Assembly: GCA_036834365.1 (NCBI GenBank)
Contig: DAITOA010000013.1
Span: 141 to 64,140, forward strand
Length of the DNA stretch: 64,000 bases
Reading direction: 5' to 3'
DNA from: Thermodesulfobacteriota bacterium
GTDB taxonomy: Bacteria; Desulfobacterota; Desulfomonilia; UBA1062
Under the pieces are notes generated by a model that saw nothing but the letters and a program-made list of their open reading frames with translations, was not told the origin of the DNA and did not search any database. The first letter of the stretch is position 1; each line of letters opens with the position of its first letter. Both the position numbers and the translations under genes were made by a program. Below are positions 46,830 through 55,849 of the stretch, one piece after another.

Positions 46830-48122
46830 ATGCCACATGAAACACCCACAGGCGGATTCAAAAAGACATCTTCGGGCAAGAGGCTCACCGGGATCATCAT
46901 GAACGACTACCTGCAGCTCCACCAGCGGGCAGCCGAGGGGGCCTTCGTGGTGTGGATCGCCATCGTGGTCCCGGCCGAGCTCTTTGCGGGCTTCGACAAT
47001 GTGGTCTATGCCGTTCCCGAGAGCCATGCGGCCATGAGCGCCGGCAAGGGGGTCGGGGCCGTTCAGTGCGGTAAGGCCGAGAAAGCGGGCTACTCGTCCG
47101 ACCTGTGCTCGTACGCCCGCATCGACCTGGGCACAGCCATGGACGGGGGGAAGGACTCGCCCTCCTTCGGCATGCCCAGGCCGCACCTGCTCGTGAGCAA
47201 CAACAACAACTGCTCGCTGCTGGCCAAGTGGTTCGACGTGTACCATAGGGTGTGGGGCATTCCGCACTTCATCCTGGACATCCCGTTCTGCTACGAGGAA
47301 CAGACACCGCAGGACTTCGCCTACATCCGGGGTCAGTTCGCCGACCTCGTCCGCACCATCGAAGGGCTCTCGGGACAGAGGTTCGACGAGGCCAAGGCCC
47401 GTGAGGCGGTGTGCCTGTCCGGCGAGGCGCTCAGGGAGTGGAAGCGCTTCACCTCCCTGGCGCAGCACAGGCCCTCGCCCATCACGGCCTTCGACTCCTT
47501 CGTGCAGATGGCCCCCATCCTGACCTCCCGCGGCACGCAGCAGCTGGCGGACCACTACCGGGCCCTGGCCGACGAGACCGAGGAGCAGATGAGGCAGGGC
47601 GTCTACCCGGTGCCCGACGAACGCTACCGGCTCCTGTGGGACAACATTGCGCCCTGGCACCAGCTCAGGAAGATGTCCGGCAGGCTCGCCTCGCTGGGGG
47701 CCAACATCACTACGGCCAGCTACACCTACTGCATCGGCTCCCTGGAAGGGACCTTCGACATGTACGCCTACGACGGGGGAGACCCCTTCGCCTGGCTGGC
47801 CAGGCTGCAGAACTTCTCGGTCTGCCCCCACGGCATGGCGCTGAGGGCCCGGGCCATGAGGCAGGCGGTCGAGCGCAATGGCATCGACGGCGTGGTCTTC
47901 GCCAGCAACCGCAGCTGCAAGGTATACTCTCTCATGCAGATGGATCAGATGCGCTTCGTCCGGGACGAGCTCGGAATTCCCGCGGTGATGATCGACGTAG
48001 ACCACGCCGACGAACGCAAGTACAGCGAGGAGGCGTCCTTCGTGAGGCTCGAGGCCCTGCTCGAGACCATCGATGCCGGCCGGAGAGGTAACGGAATGAA
48101 TTCAGGCAACCCTTCAATTTGA
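46830..48122 (+). CDS. 2-hydroxyacyl-CoA dehydratase-family subunit (HgdA/BcrC-like)
   Basis: Partner HGD-D family protein (SDLCSYARI, NNCSLL, SNRSCKVYS). 13-nt gap from the preceding gene. Confidence 0.65.
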   Translation: MPHETPTGGFKKTSSGKRLTGIIMNDYLQLHQRAAEGAFVVWIAIVVPAELFAGFDNVVYAVPESHAAMSAGKGVGAVQCGKAEKAGYSSDLCSYARIDLGTAMDGGKDSPSFGMPRPHLLVSNNNNCSLLAKWFDVYHRVWGIPHFILDIPFCYEEQTPQDFAYIRGQFADLVRTIEGLSGQRFDEAKAREAVCLSGEALREWKRFTSLAQHRPSPITAFDSFVQMAPILTSRGTQQLADHYRALADETEEQMRQGVYPVPDERYRLLWDNIAPWHQLRKMSGRLASLGANITTASYTYCIGSLEGTFDMYAYDGGDPFAWLARLQNFSVCPHGMALRARAMRQAVERNGIDGVVFASNRSCKVYSLMQMDQMRFVRDELGIPAVMIDVDHADERKYSEEASFVRLEALLETIDAGRRGNGMNSGNPSI

Positions 48123-48289
48123 TTGGGATATTCTAATTTATAAGGATATTCATTAGTTACCTTTTGTACATTCATTTTCTTCGGATTCCCTTCAGAAAAT
48201 GCTCATATTGTCTATTCATGTTGCCGATGGTGTGGTTACCTCAGTAGTTCCATTGCTATAGCCAGGTGGCTTTGAAAAGGGTTGCCTGG

Positions 48290-48988
48290 CTACTTTCGTC
48301 TCGAGGCCCAGTAAGCCAGGTCGCTCAGCGCAGTGGATTCAAGGAGATAGCGCACTCCGTGTCGGAATGACCTCTGTTGGATCTCCGTCATGAACTCTGC
48401 CGGTGTACCCGGATGTCCGCTTCGATCCGGATCGAGATCCGACACGTACCCCCACATATGCTCCAGGGCGTTCATGAGCCTGCCCTGAGGAGGAGGGTCC
48501 CGGAGGGACTCCGCCAGGGTGCGGGCCAGGTCATGGAAGAATGCGCCGCCCCTGAGGCGGGCGGCCTGACGGCCGATGTCCCCGTATAGGCCGGGGTCCC
48601 GGGCGAGGACGGAGTACTTGTGCTGGGCCCAGAGCCGGTCGGCAGTGTGCGGCAGTGGGATGCGGCCTTGATCCGTTCCCTGATACTTACCTTCGAGGAT
48701 GGCGAACTGAGCACCGGGCGGGTCGATGTACACCCCGGGCCACGACGACCCCTGACCGTCCGGCACCGGGCTCAGGTGGCGATACCCCCTGAGCAGCATC
48801 TCTTCCGCGAGGAGGCCGTGCCTGACCGCCAGGGCGTCGAGACAGCCCCTCCACCGCATGGTCTCGGGATGACGGGCATAGCCCTTCCTGTTGTTGAGGA
48901 TGATCGATACGACCGCATGAAGCTCCCTGTGCTCGCCGAGCAGGCTTGCCCGGCTCAGGTATCCGGGGTGGATGTCCCATATGCGCAT
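48290..48988 (-). CDS. Pyrimidine-dimer DNA glycosylase / AP lyase (T4 endonuclease V, Pyr_excise family)
   Basis: N-terminus MRIWDIHPGYLSRASLLGEHRELH is the canonical Pyr_excise start. 232 aa. Confidence 0.65.
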   Translation of the reverse strand: MRIWDIHPGYLSRASLLGEHRELHAVVSIILNNRKGYARHPETMRWRGCLDALAVRHGLLAEEMLLRGYRHLSPVPDGQGSSWPGVYIDPPGAQFAILEGKYQGTDQGRIPLPHTADRLWAQHKYSVLARDPGLYGDIGRQAARLRGGAFFHDLARTLAESLRDPPPQGRLMNALEHMWGYVSDLDPDRSGHPGTPAEFMTEIQQRSFRHGVRYLLESTALSDLAYWASRRK

Positions 48989-49031
48989 GGTGCGTCAGAC
49001 CATGGGCCTTCGAGGCTCCCTCACCGGGAAC

Positions 49032-49526
49032 CTACCACTTCCTCTTGCCCTTCTTGTCGGGCCGCTGATCGGGCTGCTGCTGAGGCCACTCTTCATACCG
49101 CTGCCCGCGCCTCTGTCCCTGACTCTCCACGGCCTTGCCCTCCAGGGTCTTGAACCTCTGCGGTCCGAGGATCTTGCGCACCTCGATGAGATACCTCATG
49201 CGTTCGGAGGTGAGCCTCTGCTGCTTCTCTTCCACCTTCCTGAGCTGGGCCCTTGCCGCGGCCTCGTTAAAGGGCTCCCGGTCCATGATATCGGCGAGCC
49301 TGCTGCGCTCCTTCTCGAGGTCGGCCTTGATGTCGATGAGCGAGTCCCTGTTCCTGGCATACAGGCCGTCCAGCTCCCGCTGCTCCTGCCGGGTCAGCTT
49401 CAGGTCTCTGGAGACCTCGGAGTGCTTCCACCACTTGCCCGGGTTCACGTCCTGCCCATGGACAGTTCCCGACGCCATGAGCATGGCTGTGAGAACCAGC
49501 ATCCCGATTACCGTTCGGTTTTTCAT
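49032..49526 (-). CDS. Periplasmic Spy/CpxP/LTXXQ-family stress protein
   Basis: Signal peptide and LTXXQ motif (LKLTRQEQREL). Basic/Gln-rich C-terminal tail. Start at the internal ATG with GAGGA RBS. Confidence 0.6.
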   Translation of the reverse strand: MKNRTVIGMLVLTAMLMASGTVHGQDVNPGKWWKHSEVSRDLKLTRQEQRELDGLYARNRDSLIDIKADLEKERSRLADIMDREPFNEAAARAQLRKVEEKQQRLTSERMRYLIEVRKILGPQRFKTLEGKAVESQGQRRGQRYEEWPQQQPDQRPDKKGKRKW

Positions 49527-49548
49527 ATCGCATGTCCTCGCTCTGCGT

Positions 49549-50082
49549 TCATGTCTTCTGCGCCTCGTCCCCGTTGGCATCCAGGGGGATAAGGAAGTCG
49601 AAAAAATCGTCGTCCAGGCTCACCCCGGGATCCGGGATGATCTCCTTGTAGGCCTGCGGGAGAGGGTCGTTCTCCAGGGCCCTGACCTCGGCCAGGAGCG
49701 CTTCGTCACGGCTCGCCTCCCGGGCCAGGGTCGTCGTGTCCTCGATGAGCGGTCCGCCCGGGAACAGGCGCCCCAGCAGGAACACGGCCACGATGACCAC
49801 CGTGGCGACGGCGGCGGCCACGCCCATGGACCACCGCATGAACCAGGCCATGGGGTTGACGGGCTGCTCGGCCGGGAGCACGACCTTCATCGAGGATGGA
49901 GGAGTATGTCGCACCGCCTGTTCGGAGAGTCCCTCCAGATGCGATGCAAGGCTTTCCCTTGCGGCGGCGCAGGCTGGACACGACGAGAGGTGCTCCCGCT
50001 CGCCGGAGGCCAACTCGCGCTCGTCGACCAGAGAGGCGACGATGCGCTCATGCTTGAGATGGTCCTGCCTTTCGTTGTTCAC
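49549..50082 (-). CDS. Anti-sigma factor (zinc-finger ZAS-like N-domain + single TM + periplasmic tail)
   Basis: HxxxCxxC-type motif (EHLSSCPACAA), central TM (VAAAVATVVIVAVFLL). Overlaps the sigma gene by 4 nt. Confidence 0.65.
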   Translation of the reverse strand: MNNERQDHLKHERIVASLVDERELASGEREHLSSCPACAAARESLASHLEGLSEQAVRHTPPSSMKVVLPAEQPVNPMAWFMRWSMGVAAAVATVVIVAVFLLGRLFPGGPLIEDTTTLAREASRDEALLAEVRALENDPLPQAYKEIIPDPGVSLDDDFFDFLIPLDANGDEAQKT

Positions 50083-50693
50083 GATTCCTCCTGCACGGGA
50101 AGAATACCTTGAGGGCCGGCGGCCTTGAACTTCTCGATGGCCCGGTAGAGGTGCGTTTTCACCGTGCTCTCGTTCCTGCCCAGAGCCTCTGCGATCTCCT
50201 GGATGCCCAGGTGGTCCATGAACCGCAGCCGGAAGACCTCGCGCTGGAGCGCGGGCAGGGAGGAGAGGAAGTCGTTGACCCTTGCCCAGAACTGCCTGGC
50301 GGCGAGGTGGTCGAAGCCGTCCGGCCCGGCATCCGGATAGTCCTCCGGCACCTCGTTGTGGGCGAGCCCCAGGAAGGTCATGAGCCTGCGCTTCCTCATG
50401 AAGTCCCTGACCTTGTTGAGCGCGATGCGGTAGAGCCAGGCCCTGAACAGCCCGGGATCCCTCAGGGACGGCAGGTTTCGGTATGCGCTCAGGAACACGT
50501 CCTGAACCACGTCCTCCGCATCCGCCCTGCTCTGCATCCGTGCATACGCCATACGGTAGATTCCCTCCCGGTGGACGACGACGAGCCTCTCGAATGAACG
50601 CCGGTCTCCCCCCAGCGCGTCCCTGACGAGGGAGGTGTCCTCTCCTGCCTCACCGCCCTGGTCTCCCCTGGTCCCTTCTCCGAGCATCGCCAC
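50079..50693 (-). CDS. ECF (group 4) RNA polymerase sigma factor
   Basis: Sigma-70 region 2 (YRMAYARM...DVVQDVFLSAY) and region 4 (LREVFRLRFMDHLGIQEIAEALGRNESTVKTHLYRA). Confidence 0.85.
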   Translation of the reverse strand: MAMLGEGTRGDQGGEAGEDTSLVRDALGGDRRSFERLVVVHREGIYRMAYARMQSRADAEDVVQDVFLSAYRNLPSLRDPGLFRAWLYRIALNKVRDFMRKRRLMTFLGLAHNEVPEDYPDAGPDGFDHLAARQFWARVNDFLSSLPALQREVFRLRFMDHLGIQEIAEALGRNESTVKTHLYRAIEKFKAAGPQGILPVQEES

Positions 50694-50786
50694 AGCATTC
50701 TACCAGCACCGGGTATCCGCGTCTGTCCCTTTCAACCTGTGATACTCATTCAGACGTTCATATGCGGTGCTTTGTCTACATGCGGG

Positions 50787-51281
50787 TCACGACATGCCCC
50801 TTGCCGGCACCTTCACGATGAGCGGCACGTGGCCAGTCCCTGCCAGGAACCGTTCGATGCCCTCCCGGGAGATGACCAGGGTGCTCGTGTTCACCAGGGG
50901 GTGGCACTGCATGGCCCCGCATCGCCAGAGGTCCTCGTCCACCACGACCTCCACCATGCCCCGCGTGTCGTTCAGGGCTGCCAGGATGGTCACAGACCCG
51001 GGGGTCAGCCCGAGGTGTTCCATGAGGCGCTCGGGCGAGGCGAAGCTCAGCCCCCTGGCGCCGAGCACCTCCTCCAGGCCCTTGATATCCACATTCTTCT
51101 CCGCTCCCACGGTGACCAGGATGTGGCGCCTGGCCTTGCGGTCACGCAGGAAGAGGTTCTTGGTCTTGGCGGACCCTTCCGGTATGTCGAGGCAGTCCGC
51201 CTGCTCGCAGGTGTAGACCGCCTCGTGGTCGTAGCGTTCGTAAGCTATATTTTTGGCCTCGAGGAATTCGTAGATGTCCAT
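50787..51281 (-). CDS. YbaK/ProX-family aminoacyl-tRNA deacylase
   Basis: AGGGAGG RBS. YbaK-domain pattern (GSAKTKNLFL..RK....LVTV, PGSV, GMVEVVVD). Confidence 0.6.
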   Translation of the reverse strand: MDIYEFLEAKNIAYERYDHEAVYTCEQADCLDIPEGSAKTKNLFLRDRKARRHILVTVGAEKNVDIKGLEEVLGARGLSFASPERLMEHLGLTPGSVTILAALNDTRGMVEVVVDEDLWRCGAMQCHPLVNTSTLVISREGIERFLAGTGHVPLIVKVPARGMS

Positions 51282-51363
51282 GTCTGTTTCCTCCCTTTTT
51301 GGGCCTCCCTTCACGATCATTCGAACCCGCGCCGGCCCGGAGATCGATACAAACACCATCCCG

Positions 51364-51939
51364 TCAGAACCGCTCGATCACGATCTCGTCCAGCGGCCGC
51401 TTGGGCACGTGGTGCACGCCCTTTTCGTCCCGCCAGTACCTGATGTCGCCGTCGGGTCCCACGGGCTCGATCCTGACCTCCTCGGCCGGCATGCCCAGGG
51501 CGATGACCAGGAGGACCTCGTAGCGCCCGGGCATGCCCAGCGCGTCTGCGAGCTTCTTCTTGTTCACCGCGGCGATCATGCACCCGCCGAGGCCCTTTTC
51601 CACTGCCCCCAGGAGGATGGACTGGGCTGCGATGCCGTGGTTGCACCAGTAGTTCGTGGCAATCCGCGTGTCGCCCAGGATGACGATATAGGCGGAAGGT
51701 CGTTCCCCCTCGACGGGCCCCGGCCAGTCCTTGAGGTAGGCCGCCCAGGCGAGGCACGGGAAGATGCGGGCATTCGAGGCGGGATCCGACGAGATAAAGA
51801 ACTTGAGCGGCTGCATGTTGCCGCCGGTCGCGGACAGCCTTGCCAGATCCACGAGTCCCCTGAGCTCCTCCGCATTGATGCAGTGGTCTTCATGAAATCG
51901 ACGGTATGAACGGTTTTTCACGACGAGATCGCGCAGCAT
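51364..51939 (-). CDS. Nitroreductase-family flavoprotein
   Basis: RRSYRRF N-terminal motif and nitroreductase fold pattern (SATGGNMQP). Confidence 0.7.
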   Translation of the reverse strand: MLRDLVVKNRSYRRFHEDHCINAEELRGLVDLARLSATGGNMQPLKFFISSDPASNARIFPCLAWAAYLKDWPGPVEGERPSAYIVILGDTRIATNYWCNHGIAAQSILLGAVEKGLGGCMIAAVNKKKLADALGMPGRYEVLLVIALGMPAEEVRIEPVGPDGDIRYWRDEKGVHHVPKRPLDEIVIERF

Positions 51940-51991
51940 CCTGTCCCTCCTGTTTTTTTCATGTGCCGGTCCCGGAAAGCCCCTCACCACT

Positions 51992-52816
51992 TCATGCCCG
52001 GGGTCTGATGCACTCCCATTCCGTTCCCAGAGGGCATGCCTTCATGCATGCCATGCAGTTGTCCACATCCGTGATGAGGGTCTGTCCGAACTCCACGACG
52101 ACGTCCCGCCTGCGGGCATGGGCCAGGAGCATCTTCAGATACGGCGGCCAGTCCTTGAGCCTCTTCGGCGGGATCCTGTCGAAGCCCCACGACCAGTAGT
52201 GGAAACAGGGGTCCACGGTGTAGACTCCTGCACAGAGGGCACCCACCGGACAGGCCTGTTCGCACCTCCGGCACCCGGCAGGGCACGGGTCGAAAACCCT
52301 CGGCGTGTCCGTCTCCAGAGGGGCCTCGGTGATGACTGCGCAGAGCCTCACATGGGGTCCGAACCGTTCAGTGATGAGCAGGTTGGACCTCCCGATGCCG
52401 CCCAGGCCCGCACTGACGGCGGCATGCTTGAGGGAGAGCTGCCCGAGGGTCTTCGTATGATCGAGTTTCGCCCCGGATAGAGGGTCGTGCTTGTGGATCT
52501 CCACGGGCTTGTCAGCCGACACGGGCAGCGTCAGGAATCCCCGCCGCTCGAGAAACCTCCCCACCTTCTCCGCCGTCTGGTCCAGGAGCCGGGAGGTCTG
52601 CATCTTGTTGCGGGTCCAGAGCATGATGTCCGGGGCATAGACGGCGCCGAGACTCTGCGCGACGGCCATGACGATGACGCTCTCAGCCGTCGGCATGAGA
52701 CTGCGGGGCGGCCTGGCAGGCTTCGCCAGAAGCAGGTCTTCCGCCGAGGCGATGCCGACGAGGTCGATCCCTTCGGCGCGGATCAGGTCCTTGACTGTCC
52801 GCGCATCAACAGTCAT
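51992..52816 (-). CDS. QueG-like Fe-S protein (DUF1730-like N-domain + two 4Fe-4S ferredoxin motifs, no B12 domain)
   Basis: N-terminus DLIRAEGIDLVGIASAEDL resembles epoxyqueuosine-reductase starts. Two cysteine motifs (CPAGCRRCEQACP and CMACMKACP). Confidence 0.45.
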   Translation of the reverse strand: MTVDARTVKDLIRAEGIDLVGIASAEDLLLAKPARPPRSLMPTAESVIVMAVAQSLGAVYAPDIMLWTRNKMQTSRLLDQTAEKVGRFLERRGFLTLPVSADKPVEIHKHDPLSGAKLDHTKTLGQLSLKHAAVSAGLGGIGRSNLLITERFGPHVRLCAVITEAPLETDTPRVFDPCPAGCRRCEQACPVGALCAGVYTVDPCFHYWSWGFDRIPPKRLKDWPPYLKMLLAHARRRDVVVEFGQTLITDVDNCMACMKACPLGTEWECIRPRA

Positions 52817-52825
52817 GACGGGTCC

Positions 52826-53554
52826 TCACTTCACCTCCCCCTTTTCCCTCGCCTTGCGGAGATTCCTGAGGAAGGGCTTGTAGAGGAAGCTCCTCTCGTC
52901 GAGTCCGCAGAGCTGCTCGAACATGGGCACGGTCACCGTGAAGGCGAGGATGTCCGGCGGCAGGTACTGGCGCATGGCGATGTCCGTGGCGCCGATGACG
53001 GCCTGGGCCGCCAAGAGGTCCTCGAAGGGCGTGACGAGCTCCATGCAGCCCGATCCGAAGGGGGCCAGCACCGGCGCGGGTCCCTGAAGGTCATGGCAGT
53101 AGTGGGCACCGATGACCAGGGCGCTGAGCTGGTCCGGGTTCACGTAGAAGGTCACGCTCCTCAGGAACCGCTCCTTTCCGGCGTGCAGGGGACCGATGAG
53201 GATGTTCGGGTGCTCCTGGCGGTAGGTCCTCCTCCGGTCGATCCACCTCTCCATGACCTCATGGCTGCACTTGAGCCCCTCGGTGTCCGCCAGGAAAGTG
53301 ATGAAGTCCTCCCGGGACCTGGTGTCAACGCCGCACAGGGCGGAGCCCGCGCCGCCGCAGCCGAAGTTGTCCCGGGTGATGAGCAGTGTCCGGCCTTCCA
53401 GCCAGTCCTTGAAGAAGGCGAACACGCACACGTGCCGCCTCGGTTCCGGCACGGCCATCGGTTCGAACCCCTCCGTATCCGGGGCGTCGTAGAACCCGAT
53501 GAGCGGGACACTGATTCCCAGCCGTTCGATGAGCCGTGAAGGATCGAATGTCAT
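52826..53554 (-). CDS. DUF169-family protein
   Basis: AAGGAGG RBS at the internal ATG. Cys-containing DUF169-like pattern (FGCGGAGSALCG). The upstream part of ORF 52826-53593 overlaps the neighbouring gene. Confidence 0.45.
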   Translation of the reverse strand: MTFDPSRLIERLGISVPLIGFYDAPDTEGFEPMAVPEPRRHVCVFAFFKDWLEGRTLLITRDNFGCGGAGSALCGVDTRSREDFITFLADTEGLKCSHEVMERWIDRRRTYRQEHPNILIGPLHAGKERFLRSVTFYVNPDQLSALVIGAHYCHDLQGPAPVLAPFGSGCMELVTPFEDLLAAQAVIGATDIAMRQYLPPDILAFTVTVPMFEQLCGLDERSFLYKPFLRNLRKAREKGEVK

Positions 53555-53567
53555 GGTTCCTCCTTTC

Positions 53568-54644
53568 TTATGCCACGGGCAGATCCGGAACAACCAGCAT
53601 GGCCTCTTCGAAGCTGTCGGGGTCCCAGCGGGGCCTGTCGTCCTTGTCGATGAGACGGGCGCGTACGCCCTCGCGGAAGTCGTGCAGGGCGGTGAGGTAA
53701 CGGGCCGCTCCGAGATCAGTGTCGAACACCTCGGCCAGTTCCCTGCCCTCGTTGTGCCTCAGGAGCCTCAGCGTCGCCACCACCGCGGAGGGTGACCGTT
53801 CGGAGAGTCTCTCGAACACGCCCCCGCAGAGCCAGCTTTCGGTGCTGCATGCCCGCAGCGCCCTGAGGATGCCGAGCACGGATGACTTGCCAGCGAAGTA
53901 CTCCTCAACCCACCGGTCCATCTCCGGCCTTGCCGGGATATCCTTGTCCGCAAAGGGTTCCAGCAGGGTCAAGACCTCGTCTCCGGCCGGTTTCTTGAGC
54001 CCGGTAAGCGCCAAAGATCCTCCCATGAGCTTATCCAGGGCTTCCTCGGTCACGGCGGACGGTACAAGGCACGATGCAAATCCTATGCGCACGCATTCCC
54101 GGCCGGCCATCTCGTAACCGGTGAGCCCCAGGAACTCGGGGTACCCCGGCTTCCTGCACGTATTGAACATCCATCCCGTGGCCCCGATGTCCGGGAAGAA
54201 GCCGATGCGCGTTTCGGGCATGGCCATGCGCGTGGTCTCGGTGGCCACGACGACGTCGGCCCCTGCACAGAGGCCTAGGCCGCCGCCCATGGTAATGCCG
54301 TGGGCGAACACCACTACAGGCTTGGGGTACCGGTGGATGGCAAGGTCCAGCGCATACTCCTCGGCGAAGAATGCCATGGCCTGCTGCATGGATCGTGTGC
54401 GGGCAGCCTCCGCGACGGTCTTGATGTCGCCGCCCGCACAGAAGCCACGCTCCCCCATGCCGCTCATTACGACGAGGTTGACCGTGTCATCTGACCTCGC
54501 CTTCTCGAGGGTCCCGGCGATGGTGCGAATCATGTCCAGGGTGAGGCTGTTGATGGCATCGGGCCTGTTGAGGATGATGTGGACTGCACAGTCCTTCCGG
54601 CGTACGATGACCTGATCCTGTGGAGCCGCTTGAGTGGGGGCCAT
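53568..54644 (-). CDS. Enoyl-CoA hydratase/isomerase superfamily protein (3-hydroxyisobutyryl-CoA hydrolase-like)
   Basis: Crotonase fold with FCAGGD oxyanion motif and GITMGGG. The extended C-terminus is typical of HIBCH-like ECH_2. Confidence 0.75.
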   Translation of the reverse strand: MAPTQAAPQDQVIVRRKDCAVHIILNRPDAINSLTLDMIRTIAGTLEKARSDDTVNLVVMSGMGERGFCAGGDIKTVAEAARTRSMQQAMAFFAEEYALDLAIHRYPKPVVVFAHGITMGGGLGLCAGADVVVATETTRMAMPETRIGFFPDIGATGWMFNTCRKPGYPEFLGLTGYEMAGRECVRIGFASCLVPSAVTEEALDKLMGGSLALTGLKKPAGDEVLTLLEPFADKDIPARPEMDRWVEEYFAGKSSVLGILRALRACSTESWLCGGVFERLSERSPSAVVATLRLLRHNEGRELAEVFDTDLGAARYLTALHDFREGVRARLIDKDDRPRWDPDSFEEAMLVVPDLPVA

Positions 54645-54675
54645 GGGTTTTCCCCTTGCATCCGCTTCCGGCAGG

Positions 54676-55797
54676 TCAACCGCCGAAGAGTTCCTTGAAC
54701 TTCACGAGAATGGAAAGATCACCCTCGGCCTGATATTTCCCCTCCATGAAAAGCTTCTGCCCGTCGGCCTTGTTCGTGATGATGTCCATCCAGATCTCGA
54801 AGGGGGACGTGATGACGAGGTCCGCTTTCCCGTCGTGTCCCGCTGCTCCTTCGATGCCCTCGCCCGAGAAGGCGAGGGAACAGGACCCTGTCTGGCCCCC
54901 GGAAAAGTCAAACCGCACCGCGGTCTTCATGCCTGCGGCCTCCTCTGGTCTGAAGGCAAGCTTCATGAGGAGGAGAAACTCCTCGATGGTCTCCGGCCTG
55001 GGCACGATACCCTTTGCCCGCAGCTCCTCAGGGGTCGCCTTCTCGCGGATGCAGGTCGACCAGAAGATGTTCGCGGCACCGGCCATGACCTCCTTGTCGC
55101 CCAGCGGCTGGGTGATGCGCTCCAGGATCGCCCCGGGGATCTTCATGGTCTTCACGAGCGCCGCACCCGCCTCGGCGACGGCACTCAGGATGTCCTCCCT
55201 CACTTTTTTGTACGGTCCGAGGACCATGGCCTCGGCGGCGGGCCGGTAGATCTCCCCGATGAGCCCCCTGCCGTACATGAAGCGCAGGTGGCTCGAGAGA
55301 TGGTCGAACACCGACATCTCGGGAAAACCTGCCACCGAGAGCACGACCATGGCGGGGTGCTTCCCGCGCAGGGGGTGATGGGTGGTCTGGCCCTTGTGCC
55401 GGAGATATGGCTCCAGTACGGGCAGGGTCCGCTCGATGAAGGCCTTCATGGCTGCGTTCATGGTGAAATGGTAGAGAGGGGTGGCCAGCACTGCGATGTC
55501 CGCATCAAGAAACTTCGGGAAGAGCTCGTCGGCCATGTCATCCCGGTGGATGCACCTCCCGGGGGTCTTGGTCCAGCAGGTGTAGCATCCGATGCAGTTC
55601 TTTACGGTCTTGGTCCTGAGGTGAACGACCTCCACCTGCGCCCCGGCCTCCTCCATGCCGGCGACCAGACTGCTCAGCATGATCTCCGTCTTGCTCTGGC
55701 CCTTGATCCTGGGGCTGGAATTCAATGCAAGCACCTTCACGGCATCCTCCTGTCCACCGGCCGTCAAAACATGTCGGGAAATCTTCGGAAAAGTCAA
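54676..55797 (-). CDS. Iron-sulfur flavoprotein-like NADPH-dependent FMN reductase fused to a C-terminal SCP2 sterol-carrier domain
   Basis: Flavodoxin-like start (KVLALNSSPR), a compact CX2CX2CX7C motif (CIGCYTCWTKTPGRC) of Isf type, and a C-terminal SCP2-like ~100 aa (GKYQAEGDLSILVKFKELF). True start uncertain. Confidence 0.6.
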   Translation of the reverse strand: MTFPKISRHVLTAGGQEDAVKVLALNSSPRIKGQSKTEIMLSSLVAGMEEAGAQVEVVHLRTKTVKNCIGCYTCWTKTPGRCIHRDDMADELFPKFLDADIAVLATPLYHFTMNAAMKAFIERTLPVLEPYLRHKGQTTHHPLRGKHPAMVVLSVAGFPEMSVFDHLSSHLRFMYGRGLIGEIYRPAAEAMVLGPYKKVREDILSAVAEAGAALVKTMKIPGAILERITQPLGDKEVMAGAANIFWSTCIREKATPEELRAKGIVPRPETIEEFLLLMKLAFRPEEAAGMKTAVRFDFSGGQTGSCSLAFSGEGIEGAAGHDGKADLVITSPFEIWMDIITNKADGQKLFMEGKYQAEGDLSILVKFKELFGG

Positions 55798-55849
55798 TTC
55801 AAGGTATCGTTTTCCCGGATGATTGACAAGAGGGAAGAAGGGCGTGGTT

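Noticed and set aside
45728-48005. Two ~400-aa minus-strand ORFs
   Set aside because: Antisense to the HgdB-/HgdA-like genes.
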